Shown here: positions 1 through 10,013 of the stretch, piece after piece
How positions within the stretch are numbered: position 1 is the first letter of the stretch
Layout: the number at the start of each line of letters is the position of its first letter
Source: Nostoc sp. DedQUE02
GTDB lineage: Bacteria; Cyanobacteriota; Cyanobacteriia; Cyanobacteriales; Nostocaceae
Length of the DNA: 64,000 bases
Assembly (NCBI RefSeq): GCF_034531035.1
Contig: NZ_JAVRBY020000016.1
Coordinates: 34,521 to 98,520 of the forward strand
Direction of reading: 5' to 3'
Program-made: the position numbers and the translations under genes
Notes under the pieces: model-generated
What the model was told of the DNA's origin: nothing
Database searches by the model: none
Seen by the model: the letters and a program-made list of their open reading frames with translations, nothing else

Positions 1-602
1 TTGGCGGCAATCACTTTCACGCCATCTTTTGCTAAGTCTGCCCAAGTATTGATACCTTTAGGATTGCCTTCACGGGTGACGATCGCAGCAACCGATTTAC
101 TAACAATACCATTTCTCGGAGCTTCGGTTTCCCAACCTGATTTAATCAAACCTGCTTGCTGAATTTTGCTGACATCCAGGGGAAGTGCCAAATGTACTAT
201 ATCTGCTTCTTGCGAACCGTTAATGACAGCAGCCGCTTGAGCGCCAGAACCTCCATAGCTTTGCTCAAATGTAACGTTTTGGTTATGTTCTTGCTTCCAC
301 TTTTCGATAAATTTGGGAATTATCTGGTCATGAGCGGCTTTGGTGACAGAGAAAGATACAAGTTTTAGCTTAACATCATTTTTGCTAGCTGAACTGCTTC
401 CAGAACAGGAGGCAACTGCTATACTCAAAAAAATACTTGTTAAAAACAGACTCACAAAGCTTTGTACACTGCGTCCATTCAACCAACTTTTAATTGCGTG
501 TTGATACCGGAGTTGTATACTCTGCAAAGCTTTCATGACATAAGGCTGTATTCCTTCACTTAGAAATTTACTTAACTGTGTCGGTTGTTGCGACTTGCTC
601 AT
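1..602 (-). CDS. sbp: Sulfate ABC transporter substrate-binding protein; its 3' end lies beyond the left edge of the window
   Basis: Manual minus-strand translation from ATG 602 (alternative ATG 536) reads ...VASCSGSSS...LVSFSVTKAAHDQIIPKF...FEQSYGGSGAQAAAVING...IVTREGNPKGINTWADLAKDGVKVIAA. These are typical Sbp/CysP motifs with a lipobox-like Cys. The ORF track misses it because it runs off the window. Confidence 0.92.
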   Translation of the reverse strand, partial: MSKSQQPTQLSKFLSEGIQPYVMKALQSIQLRYQHAIKSWLNGRSVQSFVSLFLTSIFLSIAVASCSGSSSASKNDVKLKLVSFSVTKAAHDQIIPKFIEKWKQEHNQNVTFEQSYGGSGAQAAAVINGSQEADIVHLALPLDVSKIQQAGLIKSGWETEAPRNGIVSKSVAAIVTREGNPKGINTWADLAKDGVKVIAA

Positions 603-936
603 TAGAATCACCCCTAAATCTACGGTATTTCTACATGCATACCGTGATTAGGAGAATTATAGGGTATATAGAATAATATTTATCATCTGGATTAATTTTT
701 TTTTACTCAATGAGCAATTGACGATCAAAACTAGCAAATAAATCTGATTTACCAAGGCATTGTAGAAGACAGTTTTTTTGCTGGATAGCAAAACAATCTG
801 ATTGCATACATAATATTTGCTAAAAAGATGTGATTATTAATACAAAAAAATATTGGAAGAGCGATCGCCTCTATTGTGAGAATATATAATCAGGCGATCG
901 CTGACTTGTAGAAATACTTATACAGCTTTTTTGCTA

Positions 937-1326
937 CTATAACCAGTTCTCTAATTGCAAATTAAGTATATTTTCAAAATCTTTGATATTGTTTATAACC
1001 AAAATATCATTACGAGAACGGACAACAGCAGCAATTAGTGCATCTACTTCTCCTGTTGGTCTACCAATTTGCCTCAATTCACTTTGGATTTTACCAAATT
1101 CTCTGGCAGCATCTATATCAAATGGCTCTATAGGTAATAGTTCAGTTAGTTGTGCTAGTGTTTCTAAATTTTTTTCAACTTGTTTAGAACAGTAAACACC
1201 TTTGTAAAGTTCTGAAACTACTATTGTAGATAGATAGCATTGGCTGAAATAGCGATTGAATACAGGTATTACTTGGGAATTCCCGTTAAGCAGTGCAATA
1301 CAAATGTTAGTATCTAAGAGATACAT
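937..1326 (-). CDS. vapC: PIN-domain (VapC-like) toxin of a type II toxin-antitoxin pair
   Basis: MYLLDTNICI N-terminal PIN motif, acidic residues in VVSELY and GEVDALIAA, 129 aa. Confidence 0.92.
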   Translation of the reverse strand: MYLLDTNICIALLNGNSQVIPVFNRYFSQCYLSTIVVSELYKGVYCSKQVEKNLETLAQLTELLPIEPFDIDAAREFGKIQSELRQIGRPTGEVDALIAAVVRSRNDILVINNIKDFENILNLQLENWL

Positions 1327-1337
1327 TAGTCTTTATT

Positions 1338-1613
1338 CTATTTATCTATTGAGTTTATTACCCTTCCTTGGTAAGTATGACGCTGCTGGTTAATTTCAGC
1401 AAAGATATCTATCAACTCTGTTTGTTCTTGCCAAACTCCAAATAATTGATTCAATTTTGCTAGTCTCTGTTCATCTGTTAAGTCTAGTTTTGCTACTACA
1501 GGTTCAGTAGCAGGTAGTTCTAGATTAACGATTATTTCTGCCCCATCAGGAATACTGTGAATTTGCTCTAATAATTCAATAGTTTGGCCACGTTTGATTC
1601 CTCTAATTTGCAT
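1338..1613 (-). CDS. Putative antitoxin (small protein directly upstream of vapC)
   Basis: Ends 11 bp before the vapC start. Probable start is MQIRGIKRGQTIELLE at 1613; the ORF track extends it to 1646. The antitoxin role is inferred from position and size. Confidence 0.65.
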   Translation of the reverse strand: MQIRGIKRGQTIELLEQIHSIPDGAEIIVNLELPATEPVVAKLDLTDEQRLAKLNQLFGVWQEQTELIDIFAEINQQRHTYQGRVINSIDK

Positions 1614-1764
1614 TATCTGCTTACTCCTGTAATCTTTACTATTCAAATCTTAGATATTTTCTCATTACTTAATCTTAACTGATTAACTGATGTAGCGTAG
1701 ACGTGTAGCTATTGGTCGCCAGACATCGCCTTTATTATGAGAACATATAATCAAGCAATAAGGT

Positions 1765-2394
1765 TTAGGCACCCACCAACTGAGTCAGGCGTTTCAATAT
1801 ACGTAACACGTCGTACAATTCATTTCCAGGGTTACGCATCAAAAAACCCTTTGATAAAGCATAACGTGGTGGATTTCCTTTCACTAATTTAACGAAAATA
1901 AACTCGCTTCCCGTGGCAATCATACCAAAACTAGGTTGATCGTTATCTCGATTTCCTAACAGATAAGCAAGAATTTGTGCGAGTCCTTGTTCCACTGAAA
2001 ACGAAGCTCTTTTAGACTCAATAATCATTAGCCAAAATTGCTCTTTTAAAACTAAGGTATCTATTCTACCTTTGATAATTACATCTTCATCTGGCACAGC
2101 AATATCTATAGATTCTTCTGATTTTACATAATACGGAGCTAGATAAAAATCCCCAATAAAAAGCAATGGGTCTACAACTGCCATTCTGACTACATCTTCT
2201 AGTAAAGGTGGGTAATTAAGAAGATTAAAATAACCCGTTTTTACTTTATCTAAAAGTTGTTTATCTAAATCATTAATTTCTGGTAAATCTTCTTGCCATT
2301 CCCAAAAGAATGAGCCATCCAAAACTAAGTCAATACCAAAGTTATCAATTAAATAACGTAAGTCGATGGCCTTTGCTGGGATTGTTTGCGTCAT
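1765..2394 (-). CDS. Stand-alone HsdR-N-like PD-(D/E)XK domain protein (cyanobacterial family)
   Basis: KGRIDTLVL...MIIESKR nuclease-type motif followed by QILAYLL and GMIATGSEFIF. Confidence 0.75.
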   Translation of the reverse strand: MTQTIPAKAIDLRYLIDNFGIDLVLDGSFFWEWQEDLPEINDLDKQLLDKVKTGYFNLLNYPPLLEDVVRMAVVDPLLFIGDFYLAPYYVKSEESIDIAVPDEDVIIKGRIDTLVLKEQFWLMIIESKRASFSVEQGLAQILAYLLGNRDNDQPSFGMIATGSEFIFVKLVKGNPPRYALSKGFLMRNPGNELYDVLRILKRLTQLVGA

Positions 2395-2517
2395 ATATTT
2401 TGGAGAGTGGAAAATAGGGCTTACACAAAATACCTGTAAAACTCTGATTTATCCGTGCCCTTTGCGCCTCTGCGGTTTGTTATTCCATAATAATTGTTAA
2501 TTACAAATTATTTTATC

Positions 2518-3771
2518 CTAGTCATTAGTTGCTGCTTCCAGCCAAACTTCCACTTCATCTGCTAGCAACTTTTGTGCTGCATCCATCATTGAAGTTGCGA
2601 TATCTTTAAGGTCTTCGCGGTTATTCAAGTAAGTTTTTAAAGCTTCCATTGGGTCGATGCTACTACTTGCGCTCAATTCAGGAATTCGGGGTCTGGCTAA
2701 TTGACTCACTAATTCTGCTTGAATGGTGTAGGTATGAGCGGGACTTAAAGCAGTATGTAGAGAGGAACTGTCAATTAAATCCATCTGTTCGGAGCGGAGT
2801 TTGTAAATTAGCCGCACAACAGCATCTTGAATATCATACTTGGCGATCGCTTTCATTAACACCGCTTGCGGCTCGTCTGCTTTTGAGACATCCACTTCAA
2901 TGGTGCGGAAAGTCCGAACTGTTAAAGGGCAAAATTCCCACTCAACGCTTCCCCGCTCCAGTTCTATCATCACATAGCCTTTGTCTTCTTTTTCTTCACT
3001 AAAATCTACCCGCTCAATACTCCCTGGATAAATCACCGGCGGGTTGTTAGATTTATTCAGATTTTGGTGGCGGTGGACGTGTCCCAATGCTACATAATCA
3101 AAACAAGGTCGCGTCAGCAAAGATAAGGGCAGAGTAAAGCCTTTACCCACCGCCAAAAATCTTTCTGCGCCCAAGCTAGCATTGTCAGCCATCAAGTGAG
3201 CTAAAAGGATAGTGGGTACATCTGGGTCAAGACGGCGAACTTCCCCTTCTAAAACAACTCGCAGACGTTCCGTTAATAGTTGGTTGACTTCCGCCAAAGA
3301 TAAACCTTCAGTCTCTTGGCGAGTCATCAAAGTCGAACGGGTCAGCCAAGGCAGGGTGATTACTTGCACTTTGCCATTACGGGTTTCGATACAGTGCGTA
3401 GTTAATGTATCGCCAACTACAAACCCTGGCACTCCCAAAGTGCGGTAAATATTTAAACTCGCTCCTCCCTGTCCTTGGGAATGTTGGTCGTGGTTGCCTA
3501 CCAACAGCACTGTCGGAATATTGGCATCCATCAGACGGCGAAACTGGCTAGCAAACGCTTGTTGTACATAAGGCGGTGGTGTCGCATCTGGGAAAGCATC
3601 GCCACCAAATATCACCATATCAACAGCATCTGTCAACGCTCGGTCAATACATATAGACAATGTATTGACAAAATCCTCCAATCGTGTGTTTAACCCAGTT
3701 GCCGGATTAATACGTCCGTGGGAGAAGCCGCTTCCCATGTGAATGTCGGAAAGGTGGAGAATTTTAATCAT
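2518..3771 (-). CDS. sbcD: Exonuclease SbcCD subunit D
   Basis: Metallophosphoesterase motifs HLSDIH, GGDAF, GNHD, LGHVH and YPGSIERVDF. Confidence 0.95.
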   Translation of the reverse strand: MIKILHLSDIHMGSGFSHGRINPATGLNTRLEDFVNTLSICIDRALTDAVDMVIFGGDAFPDATPPPYVQQAFASQFRRLMDANIPTVLLVGNHDQHSQGQGGASLNIYRTLGVPGFVVGDTLTTHCIETRNGKVQVITLPWLTRSTLMTRQETEGLSLAEVNQLLTERLRVVLEGEVRRLDPDVPTILLAHLMADNASLGAERFLAVGKGFTLPLSLLTRPCFDYVALGHVHRHQNLNKSNNPPVIYPGSIERVDFSEEKEDKGYVMIELERGSVEWEFCPLTVRTFRTIEVDVSKADEPQAVLMKAIAKYDIQDAVVRLIYKLRSEQMDLIDSSSLHTALSPAHTYTIQAELVSQLARPRIPELSASSSIDPMEALKTYLNNREDLKDIATSMMDAAQKLLADEVEVWLEAATND

Positions 3772-4024
3772 ACATTTATCTCAAGTATTAACTGGCTATT
3801 TGATGTTAAATTGCCCATGCCAATCATAATATCGCCTACGGCATTTTACGTTTCAATAATATGTAACGTCGTTACATTGAGATTTTTCTAAGGTGTAGTC
3901 CAAACAAACGACAACCCTTATATCAGCAAATTGTAACAAATGATAATATTTATCAGAAATATTACTTATAATAAAAGTATTAAAACAGAAGTTAATTGCT
4001 GTACAGCACTGTAATTAAAAGCGA

Positions 4025-7000
4025 ATGAGTATTTCGGAACCTCAGAAAATCGAAGACAAAATCAATTATTGGAAGAAAAAGCTGATTGGTGAATCCAACA
4101 AAAATCCATTAGTTGATTTACGCCAAAATCAAAACAGATTAGTTCCTCTTTTAAGAGATCCTTCATTTTTATATGATCATTTTACAGGAGATGAGCCTGA
4201 ATCATTACCAATTAGTGAACTGGAACCTAAGCAGACTGATGAAGACCCGTTAAAGCTTTTAGATGAACTTCGTAAAGAGGCTAAATCAACCATTGAAGAA
4301 AAGGGTTTTAATAGTCTTTTTTTAGTCATTAATGCCTTAACATGGTTTAATACCGAAAATATTCATGAAAAATATGTTTCTCCTATTCTGCTTATTCCAG
4401 TGAGATTAGAAAAAATAGGTAGAAAGTCATTAGAATTTACTCTTCACCCTATAGATGATGATATTACTGTTAACTTTACTTTAGTCAACAGGTTACGGGA
4501 TTATGGTATAACGCTGCCTGACAGTGACAGGATTAAAGAATTGAGCTATGAAGATTTTTTCAATGAACTTCGTAGTGCCATCGCTGCTAAACAATCTGAG
4601 TGGAAAGTAAAAGAAACAGCACACATTACTTTGTTTCCAGACGCAAAAGCAGCAATGATTCAAGACCTGGAACAAAATCAGGAAAAGATAGCTAATCATC
4701 CCATACTGAAGGCTTTGGCTTCAAAAGAAACATCGAACAATATCAAGAGTACCACCATTTTTGAAGAGCCAGAACTTGATCAAATAGACCCTTCATTAAT
4801 TTATCAGATACTTGATGCAGACTCCAGCCAGCAAGTAGTTATAGAAGCTGTCAAGGCAGGTTCTAATTGTGTTATACAGGGGCCTCCTGGTACAGGAAAA
4901 AGTCAAACTATTGTTAACATCATCACTGAGTTAATTGGTCAAGAAAAAAAAGTCCTTGTAGTTGCAGAAAAGCAAACTGCCTTAGAAGTTGTTTTTAAAA
5001 GACTAAAAAAAAGCCAATTAGAAAATATCTGTCTGAATTTACATCATGAAGTGACAAAAAAAGCCAAAGATTTATTCAATCAGCTAGTACAAACTTACGA
5101 TGAGCTTTCAGAAAGTAATGAAGCACAACAGGAAGATTGGGAAACCTTCTTTAAACCTTTACGCGACTATCGACAATTTCTCAACGATCATACAAAAGGT
5201 TTGCATGATAAAAAGCAACCACTAAAAAAGTCTGCTTTTAATTTGTATGGCGAAATTCGTAGGTTAGAAAGAGAAGACAAAGATATTCCTCAACTAGAGT
5301 TTAATTTCTCTAATTTGCAAGATTGGCCAGAAACTAAATTGTTAGATGCAAAAAAATTATTAGAAAAACTTGGCCAATTTGAGGCTATATTCCGGGGTAG
5401 ACAAAAAACCCTATGGTCAAGTAGTCCCGTAAAATATCCTTGGTCGTCTGCTATATATCAAGATTTGCGTAGAAATCTTGACAGTTTTAGCGCTGGCATA
5501 AAACTGGCTCAGAATACTGTATCTTCATTGGTACAACTACTAAATATCAACGAAACAATTGAAAATTTGTATGATTTAGAAGAGTTACAACCAGCAGTTA
5601 ATCATATCCTTAATGCTCCATCAAACATTGAAACTTGGTCATTGCCAACAGATTTAGATGATTTGGCACAGTTGTATTTAAACTTAGAAACAGACATTAG
5701 GAATTATCAATCAATTAGTTACGATCTCAATTCCAAGTATGTGCGAGATTTTTTTACTTTCGATTTATTAAAAATAAGGAAAATTTTTGCAAGAAGATTT
5801 ACAGGGATCTTTCGCTTTATTAAACCAGCTTATTTGAAATGGCTATATGATAAGAGGCGCGAACGTCAACGTCTCATCGCTCTTCGACAAGACCACAAGC
5901 GCATTTCTGAGCAAGAGTTAATGGCAGATATTGAAAATGCACTTGAGCGTCAACATATTTTAATTAAATTACAAGACCGCAACTACCAAGCTCGTCAGGT
6001 TTTTGGTTCTTCCTTCCAGAAAGAAATGACGAATTTGCAAAATATCCAGCAAGGTCTTGAATGGTTGGAAAACCTAAATAAAAATCTTCTATTAGATAAA
6101 GAAACAGTAGCCGCAGTTCTTACTTCAAGAGAACGCTATGAACAACTAGGAGAATTATTCAAATCTTTGGAAGTATCTTTAAACAAAATTCAAGACGGCT
6201 GCAAATTCTTAAATAAACACTTCCCTAAAGAAAGACTAACAGCATTAGATGTATTAAAGAGAACACCTTTAAATGAAATTGAAGATTTCCGAAGACAAGC
6301 CTATAATGAGCTTGATCTATTCCAACAGTGGTTGGACTGTCAAGAAATTGTACATAAATTAGAAGCTATTGGAACAGAGGAATTTTTAGCTAAACTACGA
6401 GACACCGACATTTTACCAGATAAGTGGTATTCTGTTTTACGGAAAGGCTTTTATGAAAATTGGCTGCGACACATACATGATGATAATTCTAAGTTGCGAA
6501 AGTTTAGCCAGAATTTGCACGAACAGAGAATAAATGAATTTTCAGAAAAAGATAAACAACAGTATGAGGTTGCAATAAAACGGTTGAGACAACTCCATGC
6601 ACAACGTTGCCAAGATTGGTTAAAGCAGCCAGAAGCACAGGCACAAGTAAGCAATCTCAAAGGGGAAATCAAAAAGAAAAGTAGACAACAAAACATCCGT
6701 CAATTTATCGAGAAGAATGCTCAAATTGTTACTACTCTTAAACCATGTTGGCTGATGAGTCCTTTAGGGGTTTGTCAATATGTAGATGCAGACGCAGTGG
6801 AGTTTGATGTTGTTATCTTTGACGAAGCTTCTCAAGTTCGTACTGAAAATGCAGTATCGTCTATTATGCGAGCAAAGCAGCTAATTGTTGTAGGCGATAG
6901 CAAGCAGTTACCCCCTACAGCTTACTTTGAAAGTGCAGGAGCCGATGATAGCGACGATGAAGAGGAAGAAGTTTATGAAAATTTGCTAGATGAGTGTTCT

Positions 7001-8041
7001 AAATTATCAATTATGATCACTCGTACTTTAAGTTGGCATTATCGTAGTCAAGACGAAAGCCTAATTGCCTTCTCAAACCAAGAATTTTACGGGTCAAAAC
7101 TTATTTCTTTCCCTAACCCTGCAAAAGATGTTAGCAGAGGCGTACATTTCCATTTTGTTGAAGGGGGAATATATGACCGTGGTGGTCGCGGAGATAATAT
7201 TCGTGAAGCTGAAGCAGTCGCACAGCTAACAGTCCAGCATTTTAAACAACAGTCTCAGCAATCTTTGGGTATTATTACCTCAAGTAAACAACAAGCAAAA
7301 GCCATTCAAGAACAAATAAAACAAATAACTATTCAACATCATGAAATAGAAGAATTTTGTCAAGAAAACTCTGATAAGTTTTTTGTTAAATCAATTGATG
7401 ATGTTCAAGGTGATGAACGAGATGTAATTTTCCTAAGCTTTGGCTTTGGTTTTGATAATAAAAATCCGGGTAAGTTGAATCACAGCTTTGGCTACTTCAG
7501 TAAAAAGTAGCAAGATTTAGGTAAACGAAGATTAAACGTTGCAATAACTCGCGCTAAATACAAGTTTGTATTAGTCGCTTCGATTAAACAGGAGAATATT
7601 AACCCCGAAGTAAGTCCACAAGCTGCATTAATTAAGAAGTATTTTACATACGTTCAAAGTGGCGGTCAAAAACTAGATGAAAAGCGTGATGATGACCTGT
7701 CTCACTTAAACTTACCTTTTGAAGAAGATATATATCAGGCTTTAACAGAAAAGGGATACGCAGTTAAGAAACAGGTAGGTCGTTCAGCTTATCCAATCGA
7801 CTTAGTTGTGATGGATAATTCCAAACCCGAAAATGAAGAGTCTCTTCTGGGGATTGTGTGTGATGGCGGAACTTATAATAAATATCCTACAGCACGCGAT
7901 CGTGATCGCCTCCGCCAAGAAGTCTTAGAAAAATTAGGCTGGCGCATTTACAGAATTTGGTCTCGTGAGTGGGATCGCAACAGGGAAGAACAAATTAATA
8001 GGCTCATAGCGCATATAGAAAATCTCCGCAACCAGAAATAA
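4025..8041 (+). pseudogene. DUF4011 / SF1 (Upf1-like) helicase / Vsr-DUF559-like protein (Gao Hhe-like architecture), interrupted by an in-frame TAG at 7508-7510
   Basis: Motifs GPPGTGKSQT, FDEASQ, VGDSKQLPPT, HYRSQDESLIAFSN and VQGDERDVI precede the stop. The same frame continues for 176 codons with helicase motif VI (RRLNVAITRAK) and TARDRDRLRQEVLEKLGWRIYRIWS up to TAA at 8041. Confidence 0.88.
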
Positions 8042-8091
8042 ATACAATTAGTAATTTACTGTTGAAAATAGGAATTTGAATAAGACTTGGA

Positions 8092-9993
8092 TTGCCTATG
8101 ATAATAGCCAAAATTGAAGAACTGTTAACTAAAATTCAACAGTTACAATCAATTATGATTGCGGTATCAACTGATTCATATCGTAATCCCATTAGAGAGA
8201 AAGAAAAATTATACACAAAACTATATAGAGAGATTGTTGACATCATAGAGTTTCTTGCAGAAGAAGGGGTATTAATCGAAAATCATAATCCTTGTAAGTC
8301 TCTTTCAGATTGGCGCGATCGCTGGTCATCTTTAGAAAGGGGATATGCATTAAAAGGACGATATGTTCACGACCTATACACTACCTCTTTAAGTCAAATT
8401 GATCTTGTTTTATGTCAGCACTATGTTGAAGACAAATCTCATCAACAGCTAGTTGAAAATTGGCAAATATCACAATTTGAAGACCTAATAGCAAAAATTA
8501 AAAAATTGAAGGGAATCATGATTTCGGTTGCTATTCAGGGAGACCCTGTTTATTTAATTAAATCTGAGGATGAGGATTATAGAAAACTCTACCGAGAGTT
8601 GACATTACAAATAAGTATCCTTCGGCAAATAGGTATACCTATTCTACATCCCAACAATTTTAGATCGCTTTGGCAGTGGTATCATTACTGGTCAATGAAT
8701 CTAGAAAAATCGTATGATGTACGAGAGAGATATATTGATGATCTCTATGAAAATATTCTTAAACCAATTGAGAGAGCCTTGAAGAAATATCATCTACAAT
8801 CAACTTCTAGTGAAGAGTTTATTCAAGATTTGCAGCGTCGTTTTAAACAAAAGATATCTATTCAACCTATTATTACTACGATAGTTAGTACAGAATTTAG
8901 TGATACACTACAAGAATATACTCCTAATTTAGAAGATTACAAGCAGCCAGAAGCTTTAGAGAATATTCCTAATTCATTATCAATTGAAAGAACTCAAGCT
9001 GTTAACAATTTTCTTTCTACAAATATAGATTTCAATTTAAATTGGACACCTGAGAGCGTAATGAATCCTGAAATATTTTTAGAGCAAAATGATGTTGTAT
9101 ATTTAGAGAATAGTCTAGAAAAATTCTTTGCTACAAAGTTTGATAATGCAAGTAGTTGGAGAAGCGTATTTAGCTCATCAGGTGTTGAAGATTCGTTTAT
9201 TAGACCTCTAATTTTTATTAACAATCCTGTAGAATTCAGCAACAGAGTAGTAGCAAAATTTAAAAATTATAAAGTCTCTAATCAGCGAATAGATCATCAC
9301 CCGATGGTGAAATTCTTACAGTATCTACTCAATCGAAAAGAAAGTTATGAGTTTGAAGACCAAGATATAGAATTATTCACTAAATTAGCTGAACGAGGTC
9401 GGGAAAATCTCAACGCTTTAAAGGCTTGTAACACTGTTTGCAGAATCGAATCACCCAAAGGAATGGGTATTGGGACAGGAGTATTGATAGGTAAAAATTT
9501 ATTACTAACCTGCAATCACATTTTTAGCAAAACTCAAGTTAGACAAGCTTGGATACGTTTTAACTACAATGCTCACAGCCGTCAGTTAGACAATAATTTA
9601 TTTGAACTAGATATGACTTTTTTGAGCTATCATAATCGCCCTGACTACGCTTTAGTCAAAATAAAAGATAATCCTCAGCAACAAAAAGCTATTTTTATTA
9701 ATGAAACATCTATATTAGATAGCGGTCAAGATGTTCGTATTATCCATCATCCACAAGGAAACCCAGTTATAATTTCCGATTTTGGACAAATTACACAAGT
9801 AGGAGAAGATTACATTGACCATAATGTGAAAACTGATGATGGTTCCTCTGGCGCACCAATTTTTAATCGTCAATGGGAATTGATTGCAATTCATCAAGGA
9901 AATCCCGGTATAGGACGTACCGTGATTCCAGGTTCAACAGGTGGTATTCCTATCCGTGCTATCTGGCCTCAAATTTCATCATATTTAAATTGA
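8092..9993 (+). CDS. Multidomain protein: tandem ~97-aa N-terminal repeat, EAD-like adaptor, C-terminal trypsin-like serine protease
   Basis: Intact catalytic triad in TCNH, PDYAL and GSSGAP. Internal duplication at about aa 8-104 and 129-227. A helical region from MNPEIF (ATG 9061) resembles effector-associated domains (inference). Confidence 0.85.
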   Translation: MPMIIAKIEELLTKIQQLQSIMIAVSTDSYRNPIREKEKLYTKLYREIVDIIEFLAEEGVLIENHNPCKSLSDWRDRWSSLERGYALKGRYVHDLYTTSLSQIDLVLCQHYVEDKSHQQLVENWQISQFEDLIAKIKKLKGIMISVAIQGDPVYLIKSEDEDYRKLYRELTLQISILRQIGIPILHPNNFRSLWQWYHYWSMNLEKSYDVRERYIDDLYENILKPIERALKKYHLQSTSSEEFIQDLQRRFKQKISIQPIITTIVSTEFSDTLQEYTPNLEDYKQPEALENIPNSLSIERTQAVNNFLSTNIDFNLNWTPESVMNPEIFLEQNDVVYLENSLEKFFATKFDNASSWRSVFSSSGVEDSFIRPLIFINNPVEFSNRVVAKFKNYKVSNQRIDHHPMVKFLQYLLNRKESYEFEDQDIELFTKLAERGRENLNALKACNTVCRIESPKGMGIGTGVLIGKNLLLTCNHIFSKTQVRQAWIRFNYNAHSRQLDNNLFELDMTFLSYHNRPDYALVKIKDNPQQQKAIFINETSILDSGQDVRIIHHPQGNPVIISDFGQITQVGEDYIDHNVKTDDGSSGAPIFNRQWELIAIHQGNPGIGRTVIPGSTGGIPIRAIWPQISSYLN

Positions 9994-10013
9994 TTTAACA
10001 GGGTCATATTTTT

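Noticed and set aside
156-368. 70-aa plus-strand ORF and similar short ORFs such as 2649-3002, 16311-16778, 19006-19521 and 62747-63529
   Set aside because: They are antisense or alternate-frame shadows of well-supported genes (sbp, sbcD, MFS, rel, ftsH).
7808-8041. Independent 77-aa gene from the ORF track
   Set aside because: It is the in-frame tail of the helicase gene after the internal TAG.
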